Source: a virus. Taken from it: 64,000 bases of DNA. The notes beneath the pieces were generated by a model. It worked only from the letters and a program-made list of their open reading frames with translations. It was not told where the DNA came from and did no database searches. The position numbers and the translations under genes are program-made. This document shows positions 26,613-35,541 of the stretch, piece by piece. The stretch lies in IMG/VR virus record IMGVR_UViG_3300031730_000002, positions 21,866 through 85,865 of that record; one strand, written 5' to 3'. Each line of letters begins with the position of its first letter. The first letter of the stretch is position 1.

Positions 26613-27180
26613 CTTCGAGCACCTTGCGCTCGGCGCCGGTGTCGCGATTGAGCGCCATGTAGTCGCTGTACTTGTCGCCGTAGCGCAGCGCCAGCTTGTC
26701 GATGTTCTTGGTCAGCGCTGCGTCGAGCGTGTAGCCTGCGTAGACCAGATAACCGCACAGGCCTGTAGCGATGCCGACAACCATCTCTCGGTTGGAGACG
26801 CCACGCTCCTTCTCAGGGACAGCCACGCCGCCCACAAGTGCAGCCGACATCAGCGCCATGTCAACGAGATCCCACAGGTCCGTTGACAGACCCTTGCCCG
26901 CCAAGAACCCGACCTTCGTCTCTTCCCAAATGTCATCGACCAGCTTGCCGCCGAGATGCATCTCGTGCATGTACAGGTTCAGATACCAGCAGCAGTCGGC
27001 CACTTCTTCCATCATGTTGACGGCGTCGAAGGGCTTGCCATAGATGGCGAAACGCTTGACGTTGTCGGCAAGTTCGCCGATCTCGGTGACCAGACCGAGC
27101 AGCGCGTGCTTGACTTGCTGTTCGTGAGGGAAGGGCTTCGCGGTGCGAAGAGCGAGGGGCATGTATTCAGAGAAGTTCAC
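26599..27180 (-). CDS. MazG-like NTP pyrophosphohydrolase
   Basis: GLVTEIGELAD..K...EEVAD..WY...NI.KL..RY. Confidence 0.85.
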   Translation of the reverse strand: MNFSEYMPLALRTAKPFPHEQQVKHALLGLVTEIGELADNVKRFAIYGKPFDAVNMMEEVADCCWYLNLYMHEMHLGGKLVDDIWEETKVGFLAGKGLSTDLWDLVDMALMSAALVGGVAVPEKERGVSNREMVVGIATGLCGYLVYAGYTLDAALTKNIDKLALRYGDKYSDYMALNRDTGAERKVLEGGAS

Positions 27181-27860
27181 AGGCGTGCCTTTCGGAGAGT
27201 TTCGAGGGTGTACTTGAGGTTGGGGTCGATGTCCTGCTGCAGAAGCCAGTTGCGGTAGTCGTTGGGGATGTCGGTGATCTTCTTTCCTTTGTGTTCGCCG
27301 AAGGGCATCTCGTACAGCATGCTCGGCTTGTCGCCCATGCCAATCAGCTGGGCGAAGCTGCGGCCGGTGAGGGGCACTAGTGCTTTGAGCACATCGAGCA
27401 CGGTCAGGATGTCGCCCATCGCCTCGTGCGCCGGCCGCTCGGGGCAGCCCAGCTCAGTGCGCAAGGTGCCGAGCCGGTGGTTGGGTGCCGCCGGCATGTG
27501 CTTGCGCGCCATCTCCAAGGTGCAGACCTGAGCCACGATGTTCATGTGCGGACCGAAGAAGCGACGATCAAACCGGGCGTTGTGCGCGATGAAGATGACT
27601 GGCGGTTTCTCACCCGAGAAGATGAAGCCCATGGCCTCGGCCATCGTCGGCGCGCCGCGGACATCGGCGTCGGAGATCCCGTGGATCGCTTGCGCACCAG
27701 GCTCGATCTCGACGCCAGGGTTGATCAGCGACTCCCACTGATTCAAGACATTCAGGTCGATGTCGAGTTCGAGTAGCGCGATCTCGCAAGCGCCGGCCAG
27801 TGCGCTCAGCCCAGTCGTCTCACAGTCGCCCAACACTATCCGGGGTGTCACATCATCCAT
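27177..27860 (-). CDS. DEDDh 3'-5' exonuclease (ExoX-like) with C-terminal DUF3820-like domain
   Basis: DCETTG, AHNARFD, HEAMGD, MPFGEHKG...Y..WL. Confidence 0.88.
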   Translation of the reverse strand: MDDVTPRIVLGDCETTGLSALAGACEIALLELDIDLNVLNQWESLINPGVEIEPGAQAIHGISDADVRGAPTMAEAMGFIFSGEKPPVIFIAHNARFDRRFFGPHMNIVAQVCTLEMARKHMPAAPNHRLGTLRTELGCPERPAHEAMGDILTVLDVLKALVPLTGRSFAQLIGMGDKPSMLYEMPFGEHKGKKITDIPNDYRNWLLQQDIDPNLKYTLETLRKARL

Positions 27861-27879
27861 GCCTGTCTTTCGTAGGTGG

Positions 27880-27906
27880 AAAAAGACCCGGCACTGCCGG
27901 GTCTTT
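27880..27906 (-). terminator. Rho-independent terminator
   Basis: AAAGACCCGGC/GCCGGGTCTTT stem followed by a T-tract on the minus strand. Confidence 0.8.
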
Positions 27907-27920
27907 CGGGGCGCTGCAGG

Positions 27921-28229
27921 TTAAGCAGCCGGTGCGGCGTTGTCGGCGAAGGTCAAGGTGAGCTTGGCCGGCGTCGAGACCGTGGCAGCCGTGTAGACGA
28001 CATCAGCGGTGACAAACAGCTGGTCGGGCGTGGACACGGTCAGCACACCGCTTGCGCTGACGGCTTCGTCGGCCGGTGCCAGATTGGCGCTGAGCGTGTC
28101 GGCAGATGCCACCACGACAAAGCCTTCGGTCACCGACCAGATGGCCGGCGTGTTCGGAGCAACGTCGAGGCCGGCGGCATCGACTGCGCGGAGGGTCACG
28201 GTCGCACCTTGTTTGAGAATGACTGTCAT
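27921..28229 (-). CDS. Ig-like all-beta protein (possible longer form from 28397)
   Basis: AAAGGTGA RBS; VTLRAVDAAG....P.WSV pattern. Confidence 0.55.
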   Translation of the reverse strand: MTVILKQGATVTLRAVDAAGLDVAPNTPAIWSVTEGFVVVASADTLSANLAPADEAVSASGVLTVSTPDQLFVTADVVYTAATVSTPAKLTLTFADNAAPAA

Positions 28230-28401
28230 GATCTTTTCACCTTTCAAAGTGAGTGATGTGGTGGGAGAGAAGACGAGGTAGAGCAGCTGTGGGCCGCTGG
28301 GAACAGGGAAGTAGAACTCTAGCAGCCCTGCGAGATAGTGCAGAACAATCTGCACTGCCCTCGCAAGGCGCCGCCACAGCCTCTTCAGCGGCGCCACTGG
28401 G

Positions 28402-29247
28402 TCAACCCTCAGCGAACTCGGCCGGGCCGACCTGCAGCAAGGTCCAGTTGTTCGTGCCGGTCTTCTTGGGCACCGCCTTGATGCTCAGGATGTTCGAGCC
28501 TTCGGCCGGCTGCTTGCCTGCAGCCACGTCGAACGTGCGGTCGAAGTTGAAGCGGTCGAACGTCTTGCGGGCCTGCGACGACAGGCTGACCTGCACCGTG
28601 CGATCGAGCAGGTTGGTGGGGTTCTCGGAGGCCAGCAGCACACCGACAAGCACCATCTTCTGTGCGACCTTGGCATTCGGAAATAGTGGGCGAACTTCTT
28701 CGAGGTAGTCGGCGATGGTCTGGCCTGAATCGCTGAGCGTCACGCCGTCGTTCGAGTAGCGCACGTACTCCTTGGCCTTGGCCGAGTCGTCACCCATGCC
28801 GATGTCCCAGGCGTGTTGCCACGAGCGCAGCTCGATCGCGATCTCGCGCCCGAGGCTGTTGCCGCTGTTGTCCTGGATGTCACCAGCGCCAGCCTTCAGT
28901 CGCTCGAAGGTGTCGTACTCGACGGTGAAAGCGTCCTTGAAGGCGTTCAAGATCGGCTCGGGCATCGCCTTCACGGCGGCGGTCAGGGCGCCCGGAGGAC
29001 GCACCAGCACGGCGCGTTGGGTGCTGGCAGGCTGCTGCTGCACGGCGGGCTTGACGGGGATCTGCACGGCGGCCGGCGCTGTGGTTGACGCAGGCGTCTG
29101 CGCTGCCCCGAGCTGTGCGGTCTGCGGCGTGGTGCCGGCTGCGGGGTTGTCGGCGGGAGCCACGGTCTGCTGCACGGGGGTCTGTGCGGCGGTCTCCACT
29201 GCGGGAGCAGCTTCGGCGGTGGCGTTGGGATTGCGGCGAATCAGCAT
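28402..29247 (-). CDS. Putative ssDNA-binding/replication protein with disordered Ala/Pro N-terminus
   Basis: Follows the primase gene, has its own promoter, acidic-aromatic end (EFAEG); function inferred from context. Confidence 0.45.
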   Translation of the reverse strand: MLIRRNPNATAEAAPAVETAAQTPVQQTVAPADNPAAGTTPQTAQLGAAQTPASTTAPAAVQIPVKPAVQQQPASTQRAVLVRPPGALTAAVKAMPEPILNAFKDAFTVEYDTFERLKAGAGDIQDNSGNSLGREIAIELRSWQHAWDIGMGDDSAKAKEYVRYSNDGVTLSDSGQTIADYLEEVRPLFPNAKVAQKMVLVGVLLASENPTNLLDRTVQVSLSSQARKTFDRFNFDRTFDVAAGKQPAEGSNILSIKAVPKKTGTNNWTLLQVGPAEFAEG

Positions 29248-29306
29248 GGTGTCATTTCCTATTCAGGTTGGTAGTCACATAGTGGTCAAGAGAAGACCAC
29301 GAGAGA

Positions 29307-29334
29307 AGTCTAGCGAGTTCAGTAGAAGTGTCAA
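29307..29334 (-). promoter_or_regulatory. Sigma70-type promoter
   Basis: TTGACA-N16-TAGACT. Confidence 0.6.
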
Positions 29335-32279
29335 GTGCCTTTGAAGTTATCCACCCCCAGTTTGCGAAGTTCATTCATGTCGAAGACGAACGTGCCGCCC
29401 GGCGCCACCAGCTTGTGCGATGCGCCTTGCTCCAGCAGAGCAGTCGAGTCACGCATGGCGTGCAGGAAAGCAGGGTCGCCGGAGAAGAGCGGCTTGTAGC
29501 TGATGTTCTTGCAGTGCACGCGGTACTTGTGATAGCAGCGACGCATCGAGAACTCGATCGCTTCCTTGCCGCCGAAGTCGAAGACTGCGAAGTCCTGGCC
29601 TTTGACCAACTTCGATGGCGAGTCCTCTTCCTCGTAGCTCATCGAGGCAAAGGTGTTGAGCACCTTCAGGTACTCGGCTTGCGTGGCCGGCAACAGATCC
29701 TGCATGCGGGAGTAGATCGCATCGTCGAGCACTGCGAACTGCTCGGCAAACTCTGCCTCACCGTACACCAGATCGATGATCCGCTTGAACTGCCGCAAGC
29801 CGAACTTGCTGACGGTGAAGTTGTAGACCGAGCGCTGCTTCGCGCCCTGCTTGCGCCGCATCTCTTCGTCGGTGATGCCATCGGTCAAGTCCTGCGCGGT
29901 CAGCATGTAGTGCGCCTGCGCCGCGTTGTACATCACATCGAACTCGGTCTTCAACTGCTCCAGGCTGTAGTTGTGGACGATGTCGGCCGCAAGGTGGCGA
30001 CCGATCACCGCCATGCTCTGCTTCTCGGCCACGAAGTGCATGAAGCGTGCGTACCAGGTCAAAGCCACCGACGACGGCGGTCGCACCACCGTGACCAGGA
30101 CAACACGCTCCATCGTCGCCGGCTCTTCTTCCATCACCTCACCGACAAAGCAGACCGGCGCCGAGATCTGCGTCTGGTTCAGAGAGCGGAAATCCTCGCT
30201 GTCCCGGTTGCCGCCACCCTTCGTGATCTCGCGGTTGTTGTAGGCATCGCGCCAGAGCAGCTTGAGTTTGCTGTGCAGATCCGGCGGCATCTCGTGCGGC
30301 TTGTACTCGTCGATCAGCAGCGGGATGCTTGCCGATGCGGCCATGTGCTGCTGCAGAGCGAACAGGCTGGACTGCGGTGTCAGCTCTTTCGGCTCCTGGT
30401 TGAAGTAGAAGAGCGACAACATCGCCCGGTTCTGCTCGGTCTTGCCTGCACCAGCTGACCCATTCACATGCAGCAACGGGAACTTCTGGTAGACCTTGTT
30501 GAACATCATCCGGTAGAAGCATGACGTGTACCAGCCCAAATAATTCCCGATCACGTCGGGCTTCTGGCAGCCGATGAACGAGTGCAAGGCCTTGCGGAAA
30601 GACTCTTTACTTTCCGTGGCTGCCCAGTCCGCAAGCTCGGGCGCGTCGCTGAGATCCGTGCGGTAGATGCCGCGTGTGTCGGGGTAGCCTTGGAAGGACA
30701 TCGTGATGCCGGTGGCTGCAGCACGCGGCTCCATCATCACGCCGCGGTTGTCTGCCCACACCATGAAAGGTTTGTGCAGCTCGGTCTGCTCGTGGCCGGG
30801 GATGTTGAGTACGTCGAGGCCTTCGCGCTTGGCGACGTAACGGACCTTGTCGTTGCTCATAGCTTTCTGCGCTACTCGCATGTGAAGTGATCGAACATGA
30901 GCATCGCTCCCTTGCATGATGTGGGCGTAGCGCCCGGCGAATTTGTTGAAGGCCTGCAGACCAGAGAAGGTGTCCAGCTCAAGGGTCTGCGTGCCGACGC
31001 TCTTGCCGTTGACGAAGACCGTGGCTTGGTAGCATGACACCGCACTCTTCTCGGTGTCACGCAGGATCACCACGTCATCGAATGACAGAGCGCAGATGCG
31101 CTTCTTTCCGTCCTCGGTGTTGATGTAGACCCCGTACTTGGTCATGTCGAGACCAGCGGCGATGTCGTTGTACGCATCGCTGACCGGCACCTCGGTGCTG
31201 GCTTCAGCCGGTGCATTCGCAGCCGCTTCGATGTTCGCCGCGACTTCAGCCTCGGTGACTGGGATGCCGTCAAGGTCTGGTGCATCGTGGCTGAGCAAGG
31301 TCTTGATCGCACCGATCGAGAACTCGTAGCACGGGTTGTCGTGCGTGTAGCGGTGCATGCGCACCAGCTCGGTCGCACGCTTGTCCGGCGTGTTGTAACG
31401 GTTGCCGTCGCCACCATGAGTCTCGATCAAGCCAGCGGCCTTGGCCACCAACGTCTCTTCATTCCAGCCCATCGCATCGGCCACGATGCCGAGCTGCAGT
31501 GACAGCTGATGGAAGCCGACATCGGCCTTGATGCCTTGGCCAGCCAGCATGTAATCGAGCGAGGGCAGCTTGGTCTGGCGCAGCTTGCTGTTGTCGGTCA
31601 TCGCCTTCTTGCGACGCTTGGCCAGCTTGGCGTCAACCGCCTGCACGGCCTTGTCGTAGAGCAAGGTCAAGTCGATCGACTGTGCGGCCGGCTCGGGCTG
31701 GATCAGCGGGCGCGGCGCCGAGGTCAGCTCGGTGTACTGCTCGGTGGTCATGGCCTTCAGCTCGGACCAGGTGATCGCCACCTTGTAGCGCCCGTTCTCG
31801 CGCTGCACGTTCGTCGAGCGCCACATGCGCCCCTTGCGCGCCGAGTAGACCCGAAGGTCAAGGTGGTCGACTGCAACAGCCAGCGCCATCTCACGGTAGA
31901 AGAGCGGCAGGTTGACGACGCCGAGCTTCGGTGCCTTGGGCATGAAGACTTCCATCGGGATCTCGCAGTGGTAGCCGCGCCCGCCGGTAGCGAAGAGCTT
32001 CACCGTGCTCATCTTCAGGCCGCGCTCCTCCATGCCCGACAGCAGCTTGACGGCTTGCGTGGTCGCCGTGTCGATGTCGTTGCAGTCCCAGTCGAGGTAC
32101 ATCGGACCCTCGTACTTGAGCTTGTCGATCTCTTCGCGCGATAGGTCGTCGACCATCTGCGACACAGCGAGCACGGTCGAATAGCGTGGTCGTTTCTCGG
32201 CGCAGAAGGCAGGCCACATCGGCAGCGGAATGGGCTGCCATGTTTCTTCGCCCCCAACGATTTGCACGTACTTGTACAT
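29331..32279 (-). CDS. AEP primase-polymerase fused to a P-loop helicase domain
   Basis: YLDWD, TGGRGYH, GRMWR; GSAGAGKT, LIDEYK; TGATG overlap start at 32279. Confidence 0.85.
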   Translation of the reverse strand: MYKYVQIVGGEETWQPIPLPMWPAFCAEKRPRYSTVLAVSQMVDDLSREEIDKLKYEGPMYLDWDCNDIDTATTQAVKLLSGMEERGLKMSTVKLFATGGRGYHCEIPMEVFMPKAPKLGVVNLPLFYREMALAVAVDHLDLRVYSARKGRMWRSTNVQRENGRYKVAITWSELKAMTTEQYTELTSAPRPLIQPEPAAQSIDLTLLYDKAVQAVDAKLAKRRKKAMTDNSKLRQTKLPSLDYMLAGQGIKADVGFHQLSLQLGIVADAMGWNEETLVAKAAGLIETHGGDGNRYNTPDKRATELVRMHRYTHDNPCYEFSIGAIKTLLSHDAPDLDGIPVTEAEVAANIEAAANAPAEASTEVPVSDAYNDIAAGLDMTKYGVYINTEDGKKRICALSFDDVVILRDTEKSAVSCYQATVFVNGKSVGTQTLELDTFSGLQAFNKFAGRYAHIMQGSDAHVRSLHMRVAQKAMSNDKVRYVAKREGLDVLNIPGHEQTELHKPFMVWADNRGVMMEPRAAATGITMSFQGYPDTRGIYRTDLSDAPELADWAATESKESFRKALHSFIGCQKPDVIGNYLGWYTSCFYRMMFNKVYQKFPLLHVNGSAGAGKTEQNRAMLSLFYFNQEPKELTPQSSLFALQQHMAASASIPLLIDEYKPHEMPPDLHSKLKLLWRDAYNNREITKGGGNRDSEDFRSLNQTQISAPVCFVGEVMEEEPATMERVVLVTVVRPPSSVALTWYARFMHFVAEKQSMAVIGRHLAADIVHNYSLEQLKTEFDVMYNAAQAHYMLTAQDLTDGITDEEMRRKQGAKQRSVYNFTVSKFGLRQFKRIIDLVYGEAEFAEQFAVLDDAIYSRMQDLLPATQAEYLKVLNTFASMSYEEEDSPSKLVKGQDFAVFDFGGKEAIEFSMRRCYHKYRVHCKNISYKPLFSGDPAFLHAMRDSTALLEQGASHKLVAPGGTFVFDMNELRKLGVDNFKGT

Positions 32280-32773
32280 CAGAACCTCGTGTTTGCGAAC
32301 TGCGGCCACTTGTGCCGGAACTCGCCGACTGGGGTCAGGTACGTGTCTCCTGCTACCCAGTGCGTCGGGTGACTTCTCATCTTCATCGCAAGGCTTAAAC
32401 GCAGTACGCTGCGGCCGGGCACCTTGGTGTTCGGCAGCCAGCGCACATCGTTGTGGTACGGGCACCAGACGAAGACATCAGGGTGTAGCTCTGTCGGGCG
32501 CTGAGCAACAAGAGTGCTGCCTTCTTCTTTGCTGGTCAGGCAAAGCTCAACGCCGTGCGTGAAGTCAACGTGCAGACCAGTCAACTCGAACGAGTCCATC
32601 ACCTCTGGCGACCCATCTGCCTTCGCCTTCCACAGCACCAGGACCAAGCCCTCGTGCACAGAAATCCGGTGCGAGATCCGCAAGCGTTGCCACTTGGCGT
32701 ACTGGTGCAAGGGCAGCAGCGCTGCCGCCGCCTCGACCAGTGTCACCTCTTCGGTCTGTCGATCACTTGCCAT
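32279..32773 (-). CDS. Hypothetical protein
   Basis: Coupled between helicase and primase genes. Confidence 0.6.
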   Translation of the reverse strand: MASDRQTEEVTLVEAAAALLPLHQYAKWQRLRISHRISVHEGLVLVLWKAKADGSPEVMDSFELTGLHVDFTHGVELCLTSKEEGSTLVAQRPTELHPDVFVWCPYHNDVRWLPNTKVPGRSVLRLSLAMKMRSHPTHWVAGDTYLTPVGEFRHKWPQFANTRF

Positions 32774-34193
32774 ATACCGCATCCCTTAGATCTTGAAAGC
32801 CGCCTTGCACTCGGTTGAGCAGCTGGTCGTTGTGGAGAAGATTCTCGAAGAGATGCTTCTGAATGGTGCCGCTTGCGATGCCGATGTGAATGTTCGGCAC
32901 GTTGGGCTGGCCGTCGCGATAGACGCGGCCGACGACCTGGTTGAAGTGCAGCGGCATGCGCGGAGCTTCGGCGAACAGCACCTCGGAGCAGACGTGCTGA
33001 TAGTCGCTACCGAACCCACCCGATGCGGGCTGGATCACTGCGATACGGCAAGTCGGATCGAACTTGAATCGCTCGCTGTTGATCTCCTGCTTCTTCTGCG
33101 AGATCGCGCCGTACATTCCAACAGCGCCGAACTCTTGCAGGTACTGCAGGATCTTTGCGGAAGTGATCTGGTAGTAGCTGCCGATGATCAGTTTGGACTT
33201 GGCGGGGTTCATCACATCAGCCGAGTCCATGACGTGATCGATCAGATCGAACGTGGTGGACCGCGCATCTTCATTGCCGGAGAAGTAGTCCCAGTTGACG
33301 ATGATCTGCTGCAGCGCGTTGTACAGCTTGCTTGCGGATGTGGCGTCGATCTTGCCACCGCTTTCGAGCAGCAAGATCTGCTCTTCGGCAAGTACGTCGT
33401 ACAGCGCCTTGTGCTCTTTCTCAAGCTCGTACTCGATCGGTATGTAGTTAGGCTTCTTGAGCCCCTTGAGCACGTTCTCTTTGAGCAGCCTCGCGCTGTG
33501 CATCATCAAGTTGCTCTGCATCAGCTCAAGGTTCTTCCACTCCGTGACCTTCTCGAAGAAGTCACGCTCGGCGACGTGGATGTTTTCGAACTGGGTCTTG
33601 CTCCGGTAGATGCCCGGCGTGATCAGCTTGACGTATGCGTAGGCATCGTGGGGAGTACTGAGCGGTGTCCCTGTGAGAAGGGCAAGGTTCGAATCCTCGG
33701 CCAGACTCGCCACCGCTTTGTGGTTAGCGGACGCCGGATTCTTGACTGACGTGGCTTCATCCACGTCGATGGTCTTTGTCTTGCCAGCAAATGCATTGTG
33801 GATTCGCTTGTAGTCGTTCTTCAGGATGCCGATCGACATCAAGATCCACTTCGGTTTGGTCAGGTCCATCGCAGCGCGCTGCTTGAGCGTGCCGCGATAG
33901 ATCAGCACGTCGCCGATACCAGGGATCGAGGTGAGCCAGCGATGCCACTGCTTGAACAGGATGGGCGGCATGATCACCACGTTCACGTCGGCGTTCCAGC
34001 ACAGCGTGAGATAGGTGGCCATGACCGTCTTCCCCGTGCCGACCTCAGCATAGAGGCCCGCACGCGGGTAGTCGATCTTGTCTTCGATGACCTCGATCTG
34101 GTCAGGCCGGAGCGTGAACGGAGGCGGGTGGTCCTTCAGCACCGACAGGAGATCCCGGAGCGCCGGGGCGCTCGGTGCGAGCTGCGCGCTCAC
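32763..34193 (-). CDS. SNF2-like SF2 helicase
   Basis: EVGTGKT, DEAT, LTGTP, Q..GRVYRDGQ. Confidence 0.9.
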   Translation of the reverse strand: MSAQLAPSAPALRDLLSVLKDHPPPFTLRPDQIEVIEDKIDYPRAGLYAEVGTGKTVMATYLTLCWNADVNVVIMPPILFKQWHRWLTSIPGIGDVLIYRGTLKQRAAMDLTKPKWILMSIGILKNDYKRIHNAFAGKTKTIDVDEATSVKNPASANHKAVASLAEDSNLALLTGTPLSTPHDAYAYVKLITPGIYRSKTQFENIHVAERDFFEKVTEWKNLELMQSNLMMHSARLLKENVLKGLKKPNYIPIEYELEKEHKALYDVLAEEQILLLESGGKIDATSASKLYNALQQIIVNWDYFSGNEDARSTTFDLIDHVMDSADVMNPAKSKLIIGSYYQITSAKILQYLQEFGAVGMYGAISQKKQEINSERFKFDPTCRIAVIQPASGGFGSDYQHVCSEVLFAEAPRMPLHFNQVVGRVYRDGQPNVPNIHIGIASGTIQKHLFENLLHNDQLLNRVQGGFQDLRDAVYGK

Positions 34194-34194
34194 C

Positions 34195-34560
34195 TCAGAC
34201 CTTCAGGCGCAAGGCGTCTTTGAGGGGTTCGAACAGAACAGTCTGCTGCGGGTGCGCGTCGAGGAAGGCGCTGAAGCGCTTGATGGGCATCGTTGCAGCG
34301 GCGATGCCGAGAGTGAGACGACCGAGCGGGAAGTTGGAGTAGCCACACACCCACAGCGCCTCGCGGCTGTACCGCACATAGTCGTCAGGCGGGCCACCTG
34401 CACCAGACATGAGCCACATCAAATTGAATGCGCCGATGTCTTCGGGATAGCACAAACCCCAGCCTACCAAGTGCTTGCCTTCGCGCTGGATGTAGTAGGT
34501 GGGGTGCACCGGCGACCAGTACGGTCGGGTGATTTGCAAGAGGAAGTCGGAGAATTCCAT
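34195..34560 (-). CDS. Hypothetical protein
   Basis: AAAGGA RBS; first gene of the replication operon. Confidence 0.6.
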   Translation of the reverse strand: MEFSDFLLQITRPYWSPVHPTYYIQREGKHLVGWGLCYPEDIGAFNLMWLMSGAGGPPDDYVRYSREALWVCGYSNFPLGRLTLGIAAATMPIKRFSAFLDAHPQQTVLFEPLKDALRLKV

Positions 34561-34587
34561 GCGCGTGATCCTTTCTAAGAGGGGATG

Positions 34588-34616
34588 ATTCTGTCGTAAA
34601 GTGAGGGCCGGATCAA
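34588..34616 (-). promoter_or_regulatory. Putative promoter of the helicase/primase operon
   Basis: TTGATC-N17-CAGAAT, overlapped by repeats. Confidence 0.5.
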
Positions 34617-34636
34617 GCCCTCGTAAACGTGAATTT

Positions 34637-34861
34637 TTAGCGGAAGCGTGGGTAGTCTTCGTTGTGGGTTGGGTCGTCTTCCTCAGCCTCGACGCAGGCG
34701 TTGTACAGCACCTTGCTGCACGGCTGGTTGTCGAACTCGTGGTACATCCAGATCACGTACTTCGGATCGATCTCGGCGATCTCACTCGGCGTCTTGCCGT
34801 TGTGCTTGCCGAAGTCGAGTGGTGTATGGTCAAGCTCTTCATCGCGTGTCTTGAACTTCAC
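34637..34861 (-). CDS. Stand-alone DUF3820-like protein
   Basis: LDFGKHNGK...I...DPKYVIW. Confidence 0.7.
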   Translation of the reverse strand: MKFKTRDEELDHTPLDFGKHNGKTPSEIAEIDPKYVIWMYHEFDNQPCSKVLYNACVEAEEDDPTHNEDYPRFR

Positions 34862-34873
34862 TGTCTTCTCCTG

Positions 34874-34902
34874 TTGACAAACTTACTAACTCTGTCTACT
34901 AT
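34874..34902 (+). promoter_or_regulatory. Near-consensus sigma70 promoter of the H-NS-like gene
   Basis: TTGACA-N17-TACTAT. Confidence 0.8.
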
Positions 34903-34914
34903 TCGCATGCGCTG

Positions 34915-34930
34915 TGAGTAGCGCTACTCA
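34915..34930. promoter_or_regulatory. Perfect 16-bp palindrome, candidate operator
   Basis: TGAGTAGCGCTACTCA just downstream of the predicted +1. Confidence 0.55.
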
Positions 34931-34958
34931 ACCCACTTACTGAACAAGGAACAATGTC

Positions 34959-35282
34959 ATGTCCATTCTCGACGAAATCGCAACCCTGAAGAAGCAGCTC
35001 GATGAAAAGATGGCTGCGGCCGAAGTCGAACTCCGTGCGCAGAAGTCCGGCGTCATCGCCGAGATCCTGGCGCACATGAAAGAGAACGGCGTCTCGCTCA
35101 AGGATCTGAACGCTGCGGCTCTCGTCGCCGCCAGCAAGTACAGCTCGGGCACGAAGACCTGGTCGGGCAAAGGCAAGCAGCCGGCTTGGCTGGTCGCGGG
35201 CATCGCTGCCGGCGCCACGCTCGACTCGTTCCTGACGCACAAGGTGGCCAACGCCGCCGCTGCCGAACCGGCCTCAGCGTAA
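34959..35282 (+). CDS. H-NS-family nucleoid-associated protein
   Basis: N-terminal coiled coil, M.E.GVSL.DL, KY...TWSGKGKQPAWL...L..FL. Confidence 0.88.
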   Translation: MSILDEIATLKKQLDEKMAAAEVELRAQKSGVIAEILAHMKENGVSLKDLNAAALVAASKYSSGTKTWSGKGKQPAWLVAGIAAGATLDSFLTHKVANAAAAEPASA

Positions 35283-35283
35283 G

Positions 35284-35541
35284 CTACGCCGCTCGCTGCA
35301 AGGCCGCCTCCGGGCGGCCTTTTTCGTGTCTGAAACGATCCCACATCAGCAGGTGCCGGAACTGGCTGCGGTCGTTGATGCCCATGCGCTTGCGAATCCG
35401 CAGCATGTGGGCCTCCGCAGTCTTCACTGCCATGCCCAGCTCTCGGGCCGCGGCCTTGCTGCCGCCCCACAGGATCACCGTGTCCATCAGCTGCTCTTCG
35501 CGTGGGGTCAAGCCCCAAGGGTTACTCTTCTTCTTGGTCAT
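35284..35541 (-). CDS. LuxR/GerE-type HTH protein (DNA-binding domain only)
   Basis: LTPREEQ...K.AAREL.MAVKT.EAH..RI.KRMG. Confidence 0.85.
   Translation of the reverse strand: MTKKKSNPWGLTPREEQLMDTVILWGGSKAAARELGMAVKTAEAHMLRIRKRMGINDRSQFRHLLMWDRFRHEKGRPEAALQRAA
35300..35324 (+). terminator. Rho-independent terminator of the H-NS-like gene
   Basis: AAGGCCGCC-TCCG-GGCGGCCTT-TTT. Confidence 0.85.

Noticed and set aside
21149-27180. Z-genome or hypermodified-base pathway (DpoZ/PurZ/MazZ, 7-deazaguanine, hmU)
   Set aside because: No PurZ, DatZ, Que/Dpd or hydroxymethylase recognised in the window; ThyX and restriction-site avoidance suggest ordinary bases
21149-32279. Intein or intron in polymerase or primase
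   Set aside because: No C/S...HN splice junctions, no LAGLIDADG motifs and no frame interruptions
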